From an uncultured virus (IMG/VR IMGVR_UViG_3300024999_000098) (taxonomy: Duplodnaviria; Heunggongvirae; Uroviricota; Caudoviricetes): 64,000 nucleotides of DNA. Shown here one piece after another: positions 56,076-64,000 of the stretch. The position numbers were made by a program, and so were the translations under genes. The DNA lies in the IMG/VR virus record IMGVR_UViG_3300024999_000098; one strand, given 5' to 3'. The notes beneath the pieces are model-generated. The model saw nothing but the letters and a program-made list of their open reading frames with translations. It was not told where the DNA came from and made no database searches. Positions within the stretch are counted from its first letter, which is position 1. Each line of letters begins with the position of its first letter.

Positions 56076-56104
56076 TTTTATAAACGTATTTTATAGGAGG
56101 AAGT

Positions 56105-56407
56105 ATGTCAAAAAGGACAGTTATCGCCAAAGTAGCCGCAGCACGAACGATCACTAGGGATTTTGATAAGGGGTTTTTCCCAAAAACATTACAGCTTGAT
56201 GGGGTTCTTGGGGCAAATACGATCCCGGTGATGTTGGTTGGCATTGATGGGAACATTGACACAGCCGCCTATAATGACGCTGGTGTAGCCCTGGCCTTTT
56301 CAGCAACCAAAACCATCATTACCATCTATGGACCGTGCAGTATCGCACTCGTAAAGCCTGATACTGGCGCAGAAGCGGTTGGCGTTTCGCTAATCGAGAT
56401 GGGATAA
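56105..56407 (+). CDS. Hypothetical protein
   Basis: AGGAGG SD. Confidence 0.6.
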   Translation: MSKRTVIAKVAAARTITRDFDKGFFPKTLQLDGVLGANTIPVMLVGIDGNIDTAAYNDAGVALAFSATKTIITIYGPCSIALVKPDTGAEAVGVSLIEMG

Positions 56408-56408
56408 T

Positions 56409-56570
56409 ATGGGGAGCCCATTTGGTAGTTTTTCCGGTGACTCTGCGGGGGATGCTTTTTCTCAGGAGCCTGCAGAATTATTAGGTAATCGAGCGGATGT
56501 GACATTTGGCGGCGATATAGATGTAACCTTTGGCGGTGATCAAGATGTGTACTTCGGGAGGGAGTTATGA
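56409..56570 (+). CDS. Small protein with DVTFGGD repeats
   Basis: Hand-translated 53 aa filling the gap; ATGA overlap with next gene. Confidence 0.5.
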   Translation: MGSPFGSFSGDSAGDAFSQEPAELLGNRADVTFGGDIDVTFGGDQDVYFGREL

Positions 56571-58309
56571 GATATTGGTCGTTATTTTTTGCATTATTTT
56601 TATGTTTTACCACTCCGGTATTTGGCGCTGTTGAGCTTGACGCAGACAGTAACGGAGCCACTGATGTCGGTAAGGGCGGAACAAACTCCACTACTGCAGC
56701 GGGTGCCAGGACAAACCTGGGGGTTCCTGCTACAGCTTCAACCTTGGCTGGCTCTTGTACTGTGGGACCATGCCTCGACGGTACGAGCGATGGCGGTGAC
56801 CTGATTAAACTCTACGGCCCCGGAGGTTTCTGGACCGCGCTACAGGCTGGCAATGCAGTAGCAAATCGGTCCTGGCGATTACCCCTAGCCGCCCCGCCTA
56901 CTCCAGGGACAACGCGGCTGATGAATATGGACGAGGATGGCCAGATGGGCTTTGTCGATCCGGCAATTTTCCAACCCGACCTCGCCGTACCATCTCAGGC
57001 TGAAGCGGAGGGGGGGACGGCAACCACGGAAAGGGTGTGGACTGCAGAACGGGTCAAGCAGGCGATTGAAGCCTTAGGGGGTAGCGGAACCATCCCAGAT
57101 GGAACGATAGCCAACATGATCCTGCAATGGGACGGGGATTCTTGGGAGCCTACCTCCTCGGTTGCCGGGCTGATTGACGACACTGCCGGGGATGGGGATG
57201 TTGATAAGCTGCTGAGTGCTGATAGGGTTGTTGATTTGATTACTGCCGGTGGCGGCGGAACATTCACGCCTGATGCGTTCCCGGCTTACGAGGATTCGGC
57301 GCACACCTCAGGGATAGCCTGGAACAGCACGGCCCTGGCAGTATATGACACGGCCTCAAGCAAATGGTTGACCACTGCACTGACCGACACCCTTGATCCA
57401 TCCCCAGCGGCACCGACAGTAACCTCCGTGACCGTAGGAACACTTGGCCTCTCCGCTGATATCCTGTTCAATACCGCGATATCCGCTGGGATCGGCGGAC
57501 CGGTTGGATGGTCGATGATCTGCGACAGCGTGCCGATCTCTATGACCTACGACTCAGGACTCACCACATCCACACTCGCATATACCCTCGGCTCGACACC
57601 ATTTGACGGTGATACTTGTACTGTCGATTTTGAGCAGCCTGGGGATGGCCTTGTAAATGGGGCGAGTGTTGAGTTGGCATCTATCACAAATGGGGATGTG
57701 ACAAACAACAGCGAGGTTATCGCTGGCGGATATCTGTTCTCTTGGGACGCTGAAACAACTACTGCGAACCTCAGCTCCGGCACCGTTACGGGGACAGTCA
57801 CCGGCGACCCAATGCTATCCACGGACTACGCGGCATCGCCTACACAGTCACTCAAGGCTACGGGGGGCAGCGATTACTACCGATTCACTGCAAATGCCTA
57901 TGATCCCACAGGTGGCACGATCCGTCTTAAAATGTACGGGAACTATACAGCCGTAGGCTCCCAAGCCAGGGCGATGGCGGTATACGGAGACGCGAGCAAC
58001 AATATTGAGGTGCATCACAATACAACCAACAGGGTGACGTTTTACCATAGATTATCCGGCGCAAATGTCTATGCCACCTCAAGCAACAGTGTGATGCTCC
58101 CCGGCCAATGGAATGATGTAGTATTCACCTACGCCCAAAACGGCGGCGCAACAGACTGGTCACTGACAGTCAACGGGTCTGCGGCAGGCTCAGGCTCAAC
58201 CGCGAATCTGTGGAACTCAGGTATTACCCCTGTCCGGGTAGACGTGGGCACAACCAATGCCACTGCACCTATTGGCCCTATCTATGTAGATGATGTGGTG
58301 ATCGAATGA
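56567..58309 (+). CDS. Tail-fibre-like protein with signal peptide and LamG-like C-terminus
   Basis: Signal-like N-terminus; GGTNSTTAAGARTNLG and SQAEAE.GT motifs; GQWNDVVFTY..VNG..YVDDV. Confidence 0.6.
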   Translation: MRYWSLFFALFLCFTTPVFGAVELDADSNGATDVGKGGTNSTTAAGARTNLGVPATASTLAGSCTVGPCLDGTSDGGDLIKLYGPGGFWTALQAGNAVANRSWRLPLAAPPTPGTTRLMNMDEDGQMGFVDPAIFQPDLAVPSQAEAEGGTATTERVWTAERVKQAIEALGGSGTIPDGTIANMILQWDGDSWEPTSSVAGLIDDTAGDGDVDKLLSADRVVDLITAGGGGTFTPDAFPAYEDSAHTSGIAWNSTALAVYDTASSKWLTTALTDTLDPSPAAPTVTSVTVGTLGLSADILFNTAISAGIGGPVGWSMICDSVPISMTYDSGLTTSTLAYTLGSTPFDGDTCTVDFEQPGDGLVNGASVELASITNGDVTNNSEVIAGGYLFSWDAETTTANLSSGTVTGTVTGDPMLSTDYAASPTQSLKATGGSDYYRFTANAYDPTGGTIRLKMYGNYTAVGSQARAMAVYGDASNNIEVHHNTTNRVTFYHRLSGANVYATSSNSVMLPGQWNDVVFTYAQNGGATDWSLTVNGSAAGSGSTANLWNSGITPVRVDVGTTNATAPIGPIYVDDVVIE

Positions 58310-59490
58310 GCATACTACTAGCGATCGTAATATCTCTATGGGCGGCAGTATCGTGGGCCGAACCGAGTGTAACAAGTGTATCTGAATCAATGTCGCAGGG
58401 AAATCAGGTGACAATCGCCGGAATAGGTTTTGGCTCTCACGCGGATCATAATGATGCTCGGCCATACTTGGCGGCTGGCTGGGAAAACTTTGAAACAGGT
58501 GCTGCTGATTCGATATTTACAGCCAACTATGGCCCTGAGTTGGAGACGAATACGGCTCTACAAAAAGCCAACAGCAACTATGCGGCTAGAGGATATCGTT
58601 GGGCCACACCTCACGCATATACTAATGTGTGGGGGCAGGCTAAAAATACCGAAACAATGTATGGTTTTCACTTGCCGCTTGCGACGTTTCAGAAAAAGAT
58701 TTTCATCTCGGGATGGTATATGTTCCCCGAAGGTTTTGGTACAGGGATAAATTACCAGTGGGGTGACGCTGATCAAACAAAGTTTTTATGTATGACTCCG
58801 ATTGGTACTCTCAGTGGGAGTGATGGGGCGAAAACATATTTTCAGACTAGGCAAGATTTAGTAGATATTCCACTCCGCACAGAAACCGAGGACGGTTATC
58901 TGTCAGAAGGAAATGACGACCCGCTTTTCAATTATTCCCCAATGGGGACATGGCATAGATTCGATATTTACGTTGATCTCACCAAGCCTGAAGGCCAAAA
59001 AATCCATAACTGGTACGTTGACGGTAAAAAACTTCCGCGCGTTCATGAGTTTTATAACGCTGACGCAAACCTTACTTCTGCTGGGGTGATAAACGGATTC
59101 AATTATCTATCCTGGTTGATGTACCAGTTTGCAGGAGACGATACTTATACGTGGTTTCAATACATGGATGATGCTTTTGCCAATCTTACTCAGGCCAGGG
59201 TTGAAATCTCAGAAAGCGCTACATGGGATGAAACAGCGCAGACACACAAGGAGATACAAATTCCGTTATCATGGAGCAATACGGAGATAGTTGTCTCCGC
59301 AAACCTTGGCAGTTTTGACCCAGGGGCAACTCTGTATCTGTACGTGATTGATGATGATGGGGCGGTATCACCTGGGGTTGCGATTAACGTCCCCGGCGAG
59401 CCGCCCATCCCTCCCGCAGCAGGCGCAGCATCCCTCAGCGGCCCGCAAGGCGCGGGGTTGGGTGGGGCTGGGAGTGTGACGATACAGTAA
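58306..59490 (+). CDS. Secreted-type beta-sandwich protein
   Basis: Signal peptide ..AVSWA-EP; VTIAG.GFG; GTWHRF..Y..W.VDG..YMDD. Confidence 0.6.
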   Translation: MSILLAIVISLWAAVSWAEPSVTSVSESMSQGNQVTIAGIGFGSHADHNDARPYLAAGWENFETGAADSIFTANYGPELETNTALQKANSNYAARGYRWATPHAYTNVWGQAKNTETMYGFHLPLATFQKKIFISGWYMFPEGFGTGINYQWGDADQTKFLCMTPIGTLSGSDGAKTYFQTRQDLVDIPLRTETEDGYLSEGNDDPLFNYSPMGTWHRFDIYVDLTKPEGQKIHNWYVDGKKLPRVHEFYNADANLTSAGVINGFNYLSWLMYQFAGDDTYTWFQYMDDAFANLTQARVEISESATWDETAQTHKEIQIPLSWSNTEIVVSANLGSFDPGATLYLYVIDDDGAVSPGVAINVPGEPPIPPAAGAASLSGPQGAGLGGAGSVTIQ

Positions 59491-59505
59491 TATAAAAGGA
59501 GAGTT

Positions 59506-59799
59506 ATGTGGGATTTTTTCAAGGATCTATGGGGCATGTTTCTCTCCATTGCTTTGGGATTTTTATGGCTCGGGCGGCTGGAAATGAAAGTCCATAAGCT
59601 GGATACTGCCAAGCTGGTGACCAGGGAGTACAGTGATCTGCAGCATGGCCTGGAGGCGCAGCTTGCCGCGACAGAGGCGCTGATTGTCAAGGCGGAAATT
59701 GTCAACCTCAAGGAGATGATTGCCAAGAACGATGAGCGGAGTGAACAGCGTCATAACGACCTGATACTTATCCTGCAAAGCATAGGCCTCAAAAAATGA
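59506..59799 (+). CDS. Membrane-anchored coiled-coil protein (lysis-associated?)
   Basis: One N-terminal TM segment; directly before endolysin. Confidence 0.5.
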   Translation: MWDFFKDLWGMFLSIALGFLWLGRLEMKVHKLDTAKLVTREYSDLQHGLEAQLAATEALIVKAEIVNLKEMIAKNDERSEQRHNDLILILQSIGLKK

Positions 59800-60287
59800 C
59801 ACGGAATCAGAAAGCGTGGCTTGAAATGATAGCCTATGCTGAATGTGGCTATGCCCTGTTGGATGTCTCAGATAACGGGTACAACGTGCTGGTGTCTTCA
59901 ACGGCAGCACATCCGTATCTATTTTTCGATTATAGCAAACACCCTCGCAGATACATGAAGTTCTCAGCCCACATTATATCGTCGGCTGCAGGGCGGTATC
60001 AGATACTGTATGACACATATTTGGACATGGTAAAAGCCACTGGACTTAGTGACTTTTCGCCAGCCACACAGGACGCTATGGGCCTGAAGCTTGCCGAGCG
60101 ACGCGGTGCAATGCCATACATCCTGCAAGGGTTTATCGAGGAGGCAATATGGAGGTGCCGAAACGAATGGGCTTCACTCCCCGGAAATAGCTACGGACAG
60201 GGCGGCAAGGCTCTTGACCAGCTTCTCCTTGCCTACTACCGAGCTGGCGGTATTCTTATAGGGGGGCAGAGAAAGCAACTGCATTGA
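59796..60287 (+). CDS. Endolysin, lambda R-like transglycosylase
   Basis: L.MIAYAE; GYNVL; HPR; SAAGRYQ; DFSP..QD; EWASLPG..YGQ. Confidence 0.9.
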   Translation: MTRNQKAWLEMIAYAECGYALLDVSDNGYNVLVSSTAAHPYLFFDYSKHPRRYMKFSAHIISSAAGRYQILYDTYLDMVKATGLSDFSPATQDAMGLKLAERRGAMPYILQGFIEEAIWRCRNEWASLPGNSYGQGGKALDQLLLAYYRAGGILIGGQRKQLH

Positions 60288-60798
60288 CAAATTTCTTTGC
60301 ACTTGAACCATGATCCCAGTCATCAAAGCCAAGACACTGTTCGGCGGCATAGCGGGCGCATACGGCCTCCACGAACAATTCATAATGACCAAGGTGGCGA
60401 AAACTACCACGATGATGGATATATGCAGCCCACCTCCCGTTGCACTTGCGAAAGCTCACCCCCTGTACACCTGAAGAATTATCACTCCTATTTCCCCGAT
60501 TCATGGACTGCTCAAATGGGGATGCCTCTCTAAGGTTGCTCCACCTATTGTCACTCCGAACCCTGTTGGCGTGATCTACAGTCTCCATTGGCATATAACC
60601 CTTCATGTACAGAACCGCCAAACTGCCAGCGCTGTACATGATAGAATCAACACACATAAGCCGATAACCCGATATTCTGGAAATACACCCGGCAACGTCA
60701 CCAACTTTTACGCGCCTCGCCACAGCCACCCGCCACGTAAAAAGCCCCGTTTCCGGATTATAATCCAACACCTCCTTGAGCCGTTCTTGCGTGATCAT
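60256..60798 (-). CDS. HNH-AP2-like endonuclease, copy 4
   Basis: Paralog; VDHANRVRSDNRWSNLR. Confidence 0.85.
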   Translation of the reverse strand: MITQERLKEVLDYNPETGLFTWRVAVARRVKVGDVAGCISRISGYRLMCVDSIMYSAGSLAVLYMKGYMPMETVDHANRVRSDNRWSNLREASPFEQSMNRGNRSDNSSGVQGVSFRKCNGRWAAYIHHRGSFRHLGHYELFVEAVCARYAAEQCLGFDDWDHGSSAKKFVNAVAFSAPL

Positions 60799-61157
60799 TT
60801 ACGCTCCTTCATCTTGATCGTAACCACCAACCGGCCAATATGTTCCTTGTCGGGACGGACCCGGATCTTACGGATATCGACCTCTGGAAATTCGTTCATA
60901 AAATCCTCCAGCTGCCGGGCGATGATTTCCTCCTTGGCATAAAGAAGATCCCGCTTCCATATCCCGCGAAGCATCCCCGCATTGCCAATCGGCTGATCAT
61001 CCAGCTTAGGGATAGGGGGTGGCTTCGGTCGACCCTGGATCATCCTAATAGCCATACAGGTTTCACACATACACTCGGTCATTTTCGGGTCATGGCCAAC
61101 CTCGAGGTCGGTGCCCCACTGCTCCTCGTTCCAGTCCAGTGCTTCCCAGTCTTCCAT
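60795..61157 (-). CDS. Hypothetical protein
   Basis: GAGGTG SD; C.CETC. Confidence 0.55.
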   Translation of the reverse strand: MEDWEALDWNEEQWGTDLEVGHDPKMTECMCETCMAIRMIQGRPKPPPIPKLDDQPIGNAGMLRGIWKRDLLYAKEEIIARQLEDFMNEFPEVDIRKIRVRPDKEHIGRLVVTIKMKERK

Positions 61158-61187
61158 AATCACCTCGTAAAAAGTTTGTATTCGTAT

Positions 61188-61949
61188 TCAGATCCGGTGC
61201 GATCCGCTTCTTCCTGAAGCGCGGCGAGACATTCGTCCGCCTGTTTTCTTCAGCCGAAGCCGCGCACCTTGATCCATTCCGGTGACCACGTTACGCCCCA
61301 CAGGCCCTGCCGGACGCGGTGCTTTATGACGAATGCATGAAGGGAGAACTCGTCCGCGAAGTATCGCTTTTTTACCGGCGCAGCTTCTTCCACTTCTTCC
61401 CGGTACAGATCCGATGGTCGCATTTTTCGCTTCGCCACGCAATGACTCCCCGTGCAGCTGTTTGTAGGCATTATACGCCGCGATACTGTCCGCGATGTGT
61501 TCCATTTCCCCAGCTGCTTTGGGGAATGCCTTTGGAGCCCATGCCCCATACCTGTCCCGAACCCAACCCATGATATCCCTCTTGGTCGCCTCTGGATTTC
61601 CAAGCGCATATAACTTGACGTTACGGGGAGAGATCCATTTTATATAGAAACCCTTTACCCCGCAAGCCCCTATAGCAACACCGGTAGCCATCTTCATTGA
61701 GGCTGCGGCCTTGGCCGACTTGGAACCACCCGGCAACTCAGCTATTACCTGGGTAATCTCTGGATAGTCATCGAAAACCGCCCTAAAACCACAGGCGATC
61801 ACGAAGGCATCAAAAGCGGCCTGCTCGGAAATCTGACCAATAACGGCCTTAACAGGCTTTGTTCTCCAGACCCCAAAATCCAAGAGCATTCCATCCCGGA
61901 ATATCGACCACCCCGTATTCCTTATACCGAGATCTAAAGACAACTCCAT
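61188..61949 (-). CDS. RuvC-like Holliday junction resolvase
   Basis: LDLGIRNTGW; IAELP; P..VK....G...ATK; HIADSI. Confidence 0.75.
   Translation of the reverse strand: MELSLDLGIRNTGWSIFRDGMLLDFGVWRTKPVKAVIGQISEQAAFDAFVIACGFRAVFDDYPEITQVIAELPGGSKSAKAAASMKMATGVAIGACGVKGFYIKWISPRNVKLYALGNPEATKRDIMGWVRDRYGAWAPKAFPKAAGEMEHIADSIAAYNAYKQLHGESLRGEAKNATIGSVPGRSGRSCAGKKAILRGRVLPSCIRHKAPRPAGPVGRNVVTGMDQGARLRLKKTGGRMSRRASGRSGSHRI
61250..61438 (-). CDS. Small hypothetical protein nested in RuvC ORF tail
   Basis: GGGGAG SD + GTG; MAKRKMRPSDLYREE.. Confidence 0.45.
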   Translation of the reverse strand: MAKRKMRPSDLYREEVEEAAPVKKRYFADEFSLHAFVIKHRVRQGLWGVTWSPEWIKVRGFG

Positions 61950-62494
61950 TTCCACCCTCCCCTGGAGTCAATATACTGCTTTGCGCTGGAGTGGATATCG
62001 CACTCTGGGAACCCCAGGCACTGCTCTGCTGCAAACCTGGCGAAAGCGGCATCAAGGATTGAAGTGTAAAGACCCAGGTTCCGCATCTTACCATTCACAC
62101 AGATTCTTGCTATCCATTTTCTTGTCAGTTTATGCCAGTAAATCCCCTTTACCCCAGACGTGTTATCGCTCCTCATTTTGCAATTTCTCTGCTGACACTG
62201 ATATGAGGCTTCGCGTAAATTCAACCTCCAGTTATGCCAAGGCACCCTGTCGATGTGGTCTACGGTGTTCTCGGGAAGATAGCCGTCTGTATAGAGAATT
62301 GCAAGGCGGTGGGCAAAATAGCGCCTACCGTCGATCCCGATCTGGATATAGCCATCCCCGTCACGGGTGCCAGCCCTTGAACCCTCCAAAGCCCTATTGG
62401 CCAAAGACTCGATCCATGTAAAAAAACCAGTATCAGGGTTGTAGTCCAGCACCTCCTTAAGTCTCTCCTGCGTCAGGCTACAGTGTTGTTCCAT
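61934..62494 (-). CDS. HNH-AP2-like endonuclease, copy 5
   Basis: Paralog; LTQERLKEVLDYNP; VDHIDRVPWHNWRLNLR. Confidence 0.85.
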   Translation of the reverse strand: MEQHCSLTQERLKEVLDYNPDTGFFTWIESLANRALEGSRAGTRDGDGYIQIGIDGRRYFAHRLAILYTDGYLPENTVDHIDRVPWHNWRLNLREASYQCQQRNCKMRSDNTSGVKGIYWHKLTRKWIARICVNGKMRNLGLYTSILDAAFARFAAEQCLGFPECDIHSSAKQYIDSRGGWKWSCL

Positions 62495-62987
62495 CGCCAA
62501 CCACCCCCCTTTTAATAATCTTGGCACCGTAAGCCTCAATAATATTGATGAAATTCTGGGGGCTCACATGCTCGGCAGTGATAGTCTTCCAATTGAGATA
62601 TTGTATCAGTGGCGTTATTGCCCCCTCTGAGCAGAACAGCCGGTTTCGATTGCCCTTAACGAGCTTGAAGACAAACCCGATACAACCTGCCCAGTCGTAC
62701 TTGATCTTCATGGAGGCAAATCGATACATAGTCCAATCGGTGTACTTCTCCACCTCCGGAGGAACTTCCATCTCCCATATCTCGTATGGGGTTCCCTTGT
62801 GATGGTATTCCAGTTTTGAAAACCCCCATGCCTGGAATTTATTACCAGGCATGGGCCAGCATTCGATAACCCTGCCGTACTTATCGAGATATCCGATATG
62901 GCTGTAGAATGGGCTACGCGTTACGAAGCGGATCGCCTTCGATAGCAGCCCAATTCCACGGAAGCCAATAAACTTGACACTACCCAT
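62478..62987 (-). CDS. Permuted papain-like (NlpC/P60, YiiX-like) enzyme
   Basis: IR..TRS..SHIG; KYDW; FCSE; SP. Confidence 0.7.
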   Translation of the reverse strand: MGSVKFIGFRGIGLLSKAIRFVTRSPFYSHIGYLDKYGRVIECWPMPGNKFQAWGFSKLEYHHKGTPYEIWEMEVPPEVEKYTDWTMYRFASMKIKYDWAGCIGFVFKLVKGNRNRLFCSEGAITPLIQYLNWKTITAEHVSPQNFINIIEAYGAKIIKRGVVGDGTTL

Positions 62988-63150
62988 TTTCCCTCCTCAA
63001 ATGAAGGATTGCACGGAGATCATCTCTCAACATCTTCCTAACACCGGGGAGATTATAAGCCGGACTACCCGGATCTCGATAATGCTTCATGATCCAATCA
63101 TAGTCAAACTGCAGCATGTCGATCATTTCCTCATTTGTTTTTGCCTTCAT
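62980..63150 (-). CDS. Small hypothetical protein
   Basis: Hand-translated 56 aa MKAKTNEEMIDM..; GGAGG SD. Confidence 0.5.
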   Translation of the reverse strand: MKAKTNEEMIDMLQFDYDWIMKHYRDPGSPAYNLPGVRKMLRDDLRAILHLRRENG

Positions 63151-63163
63151 AAGCCTCCATATA

Positions 63164-63204
63164 GCAAAAGCCCAAGCAAGATCAAATCCTGTTTGGGCTT
63201 TTGC
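63164..63204. terminator. Intrinsic terminator hairpin
   Basis: GCAAAAGCCCAAGCA...TGTTTGGGCTTTTGC. Confidence 0.7.
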
Positions 63205-63217
63205 ATAAACCCCAATC

Positions 63218-64000
63218 CTACCACTCCATCCTTACGGTTTTACTTGAATCGCCAAACGGGGCATGTAGGTAAATTCCTCCATGGGATGTACCAATATCGT
63301 TGTCCCCGTCACCATTCGGCCTTCCGTTGCCGGGTTTGAACACAAAGCCATACATGCTGGCCCTTGAATCTCGGTTACAGGTATCCTCCCTGTCCCTGCA
63401 GTTTTTTGCCGTACTCTTTACGACGAAGGTTTTTCCAGACGCGAAGGTAAGTTTCACCGGCCCACTACCGAGAGAGTCTCCGCGTTTGTTAATTCGCCAA
63501 GCCTGTCGGCCACCATTTCGCACACCGTAACTGGTGTAGGTAGCCGAGTTTTTATACACTCCGGGGGCACCACCACCTCCACCAGAAGATCTGCTCACCG
63601 CCGAATAGGTTTTCCCGTCCGACATCTTGACCACAAAGACCAGCGGCCTTGTGTACTGTGCGTCCGGCTTGCTAAGGATGAACACCGGGGAACCCTTGTA
63701 AGGAGTGCCCACTCTTGCCCATTCACCATTCACCGAGACTGCAGTCACAGATCCAACCGGCAGTGTCCGGAAGAGAATACCGGGCAATCCACCACCTTGA
63801 TCAGTGGACCGTTCGTACTCAATCGCATGAGGGAACGGCAGCACAATCGGGTCGGGTGGCGGCGGTGGCGGCGGTGGCTGCGGAGTGATACCACCTCCAC
63901 CAGGGAACAGCTCAGAACACAGGGCGGTGCATTGTCCCAGGCTCTGCGGGATTTCCATAGGCTGCGCCTCAGACGGCAACATACCGCCAATCATCCCAAG
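63218..64000 (-). CDS. Protein with polyproline and Gly linkers, C-terminal part (open at window end)
   Basis: Frame open to 64000; PQPPPPPPPPDP and SSGGGGGA linkers. Confidence 0.65.
   Translation of the reverse strand, partial: LGMIGGMLPSEAQPMEIPQSLGQCTALCSELFPGGGGITPQPPPPPPPPDPIVLPFPHAIEYERSTDQGGGLPGILFRTLPVGSVTAVSVNGEWARVGTPYKGSPVFILSKPDAQYTRPLVFVVKMSDGKTYSAVSRSSGGGGGAPGVYKNSATYTSYGVRNGGRQAWRINKRGDSLGSGPVKLTFASGKTFVVKSTAKNCRDREDTCNRDSRASMYGFVFKPGNGRPNGDGDNDIGTSHGGIYLHAPFGDSSKTVRMEW

Noticed and set aside
1503..62494. HNH genes as group I intron- or intein-encoded
   Set aside because: Flanking genes appear intact and the HNH ORFs overlap neighbours directly, leaving no room for intron cores.
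1..64000. Genome-wide TGA stop-codon reassignment
   Set aside because: Many clear genes end in TGA with ATGA/GTGA coupling; only one in-frame TGA was noticed.
1..64000. Integrase/repressor lysogeny module or DNA polymerase
   Set aside because: No tyrosine/serine recombinase, CI-like or polymerase motifs recognised in the ORF track.

Overview
This window looks like a near-complete dsDNA tailed phage genome of podovirus-like organisation. The host is probably Gram-negative, judging by the lambda-R-type endolysin, a lipoprotein and sigma70-type promoters. Modules: leftward replication arm (SF2 helicase, Zn-ribbon/TOPRIM primase) with a separately transcribed thyX; rightward recombination/metabolism arm (NinB-like, DUF1364, Rad52-like SSAP, YqaJ exonuclease, metallophosphoesterase, GNAT, PAPS-reductase-like, SSB); leftward 'early' cluster of small genes (19.2-24.8 kb); rightward morphogenesis arm (terminase, portal, N4-gp56-like capsid, tail proteins, three paralogous fibres, ejection/polyvalent proteins with InPase and LPD38-like domains, endolysin); and a final leftward block (RuvC-like, NlpC/P60-like). 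I recognised no integrase, DNA polymerase, reverse transcriptase or CRISPR array. The most striking unannotated signal is non-coding. The leader of the early transcript holds a full-consensus type III hammerhead ribozyme directly followed by a non-canonical tRNA-like element. Further downstream are a second cloverleaf RNA and two copies of a 50-nt hairpin with compensatory changes, together suggesting an RNA-processing system. Also notable: an in-frame UGA at a Cys-equivalent position followed by a SECIS-like hairpin, and five related HNH-AP2 endonuclease cassettes. All family calls come from motif recognition by eye, not database searches.
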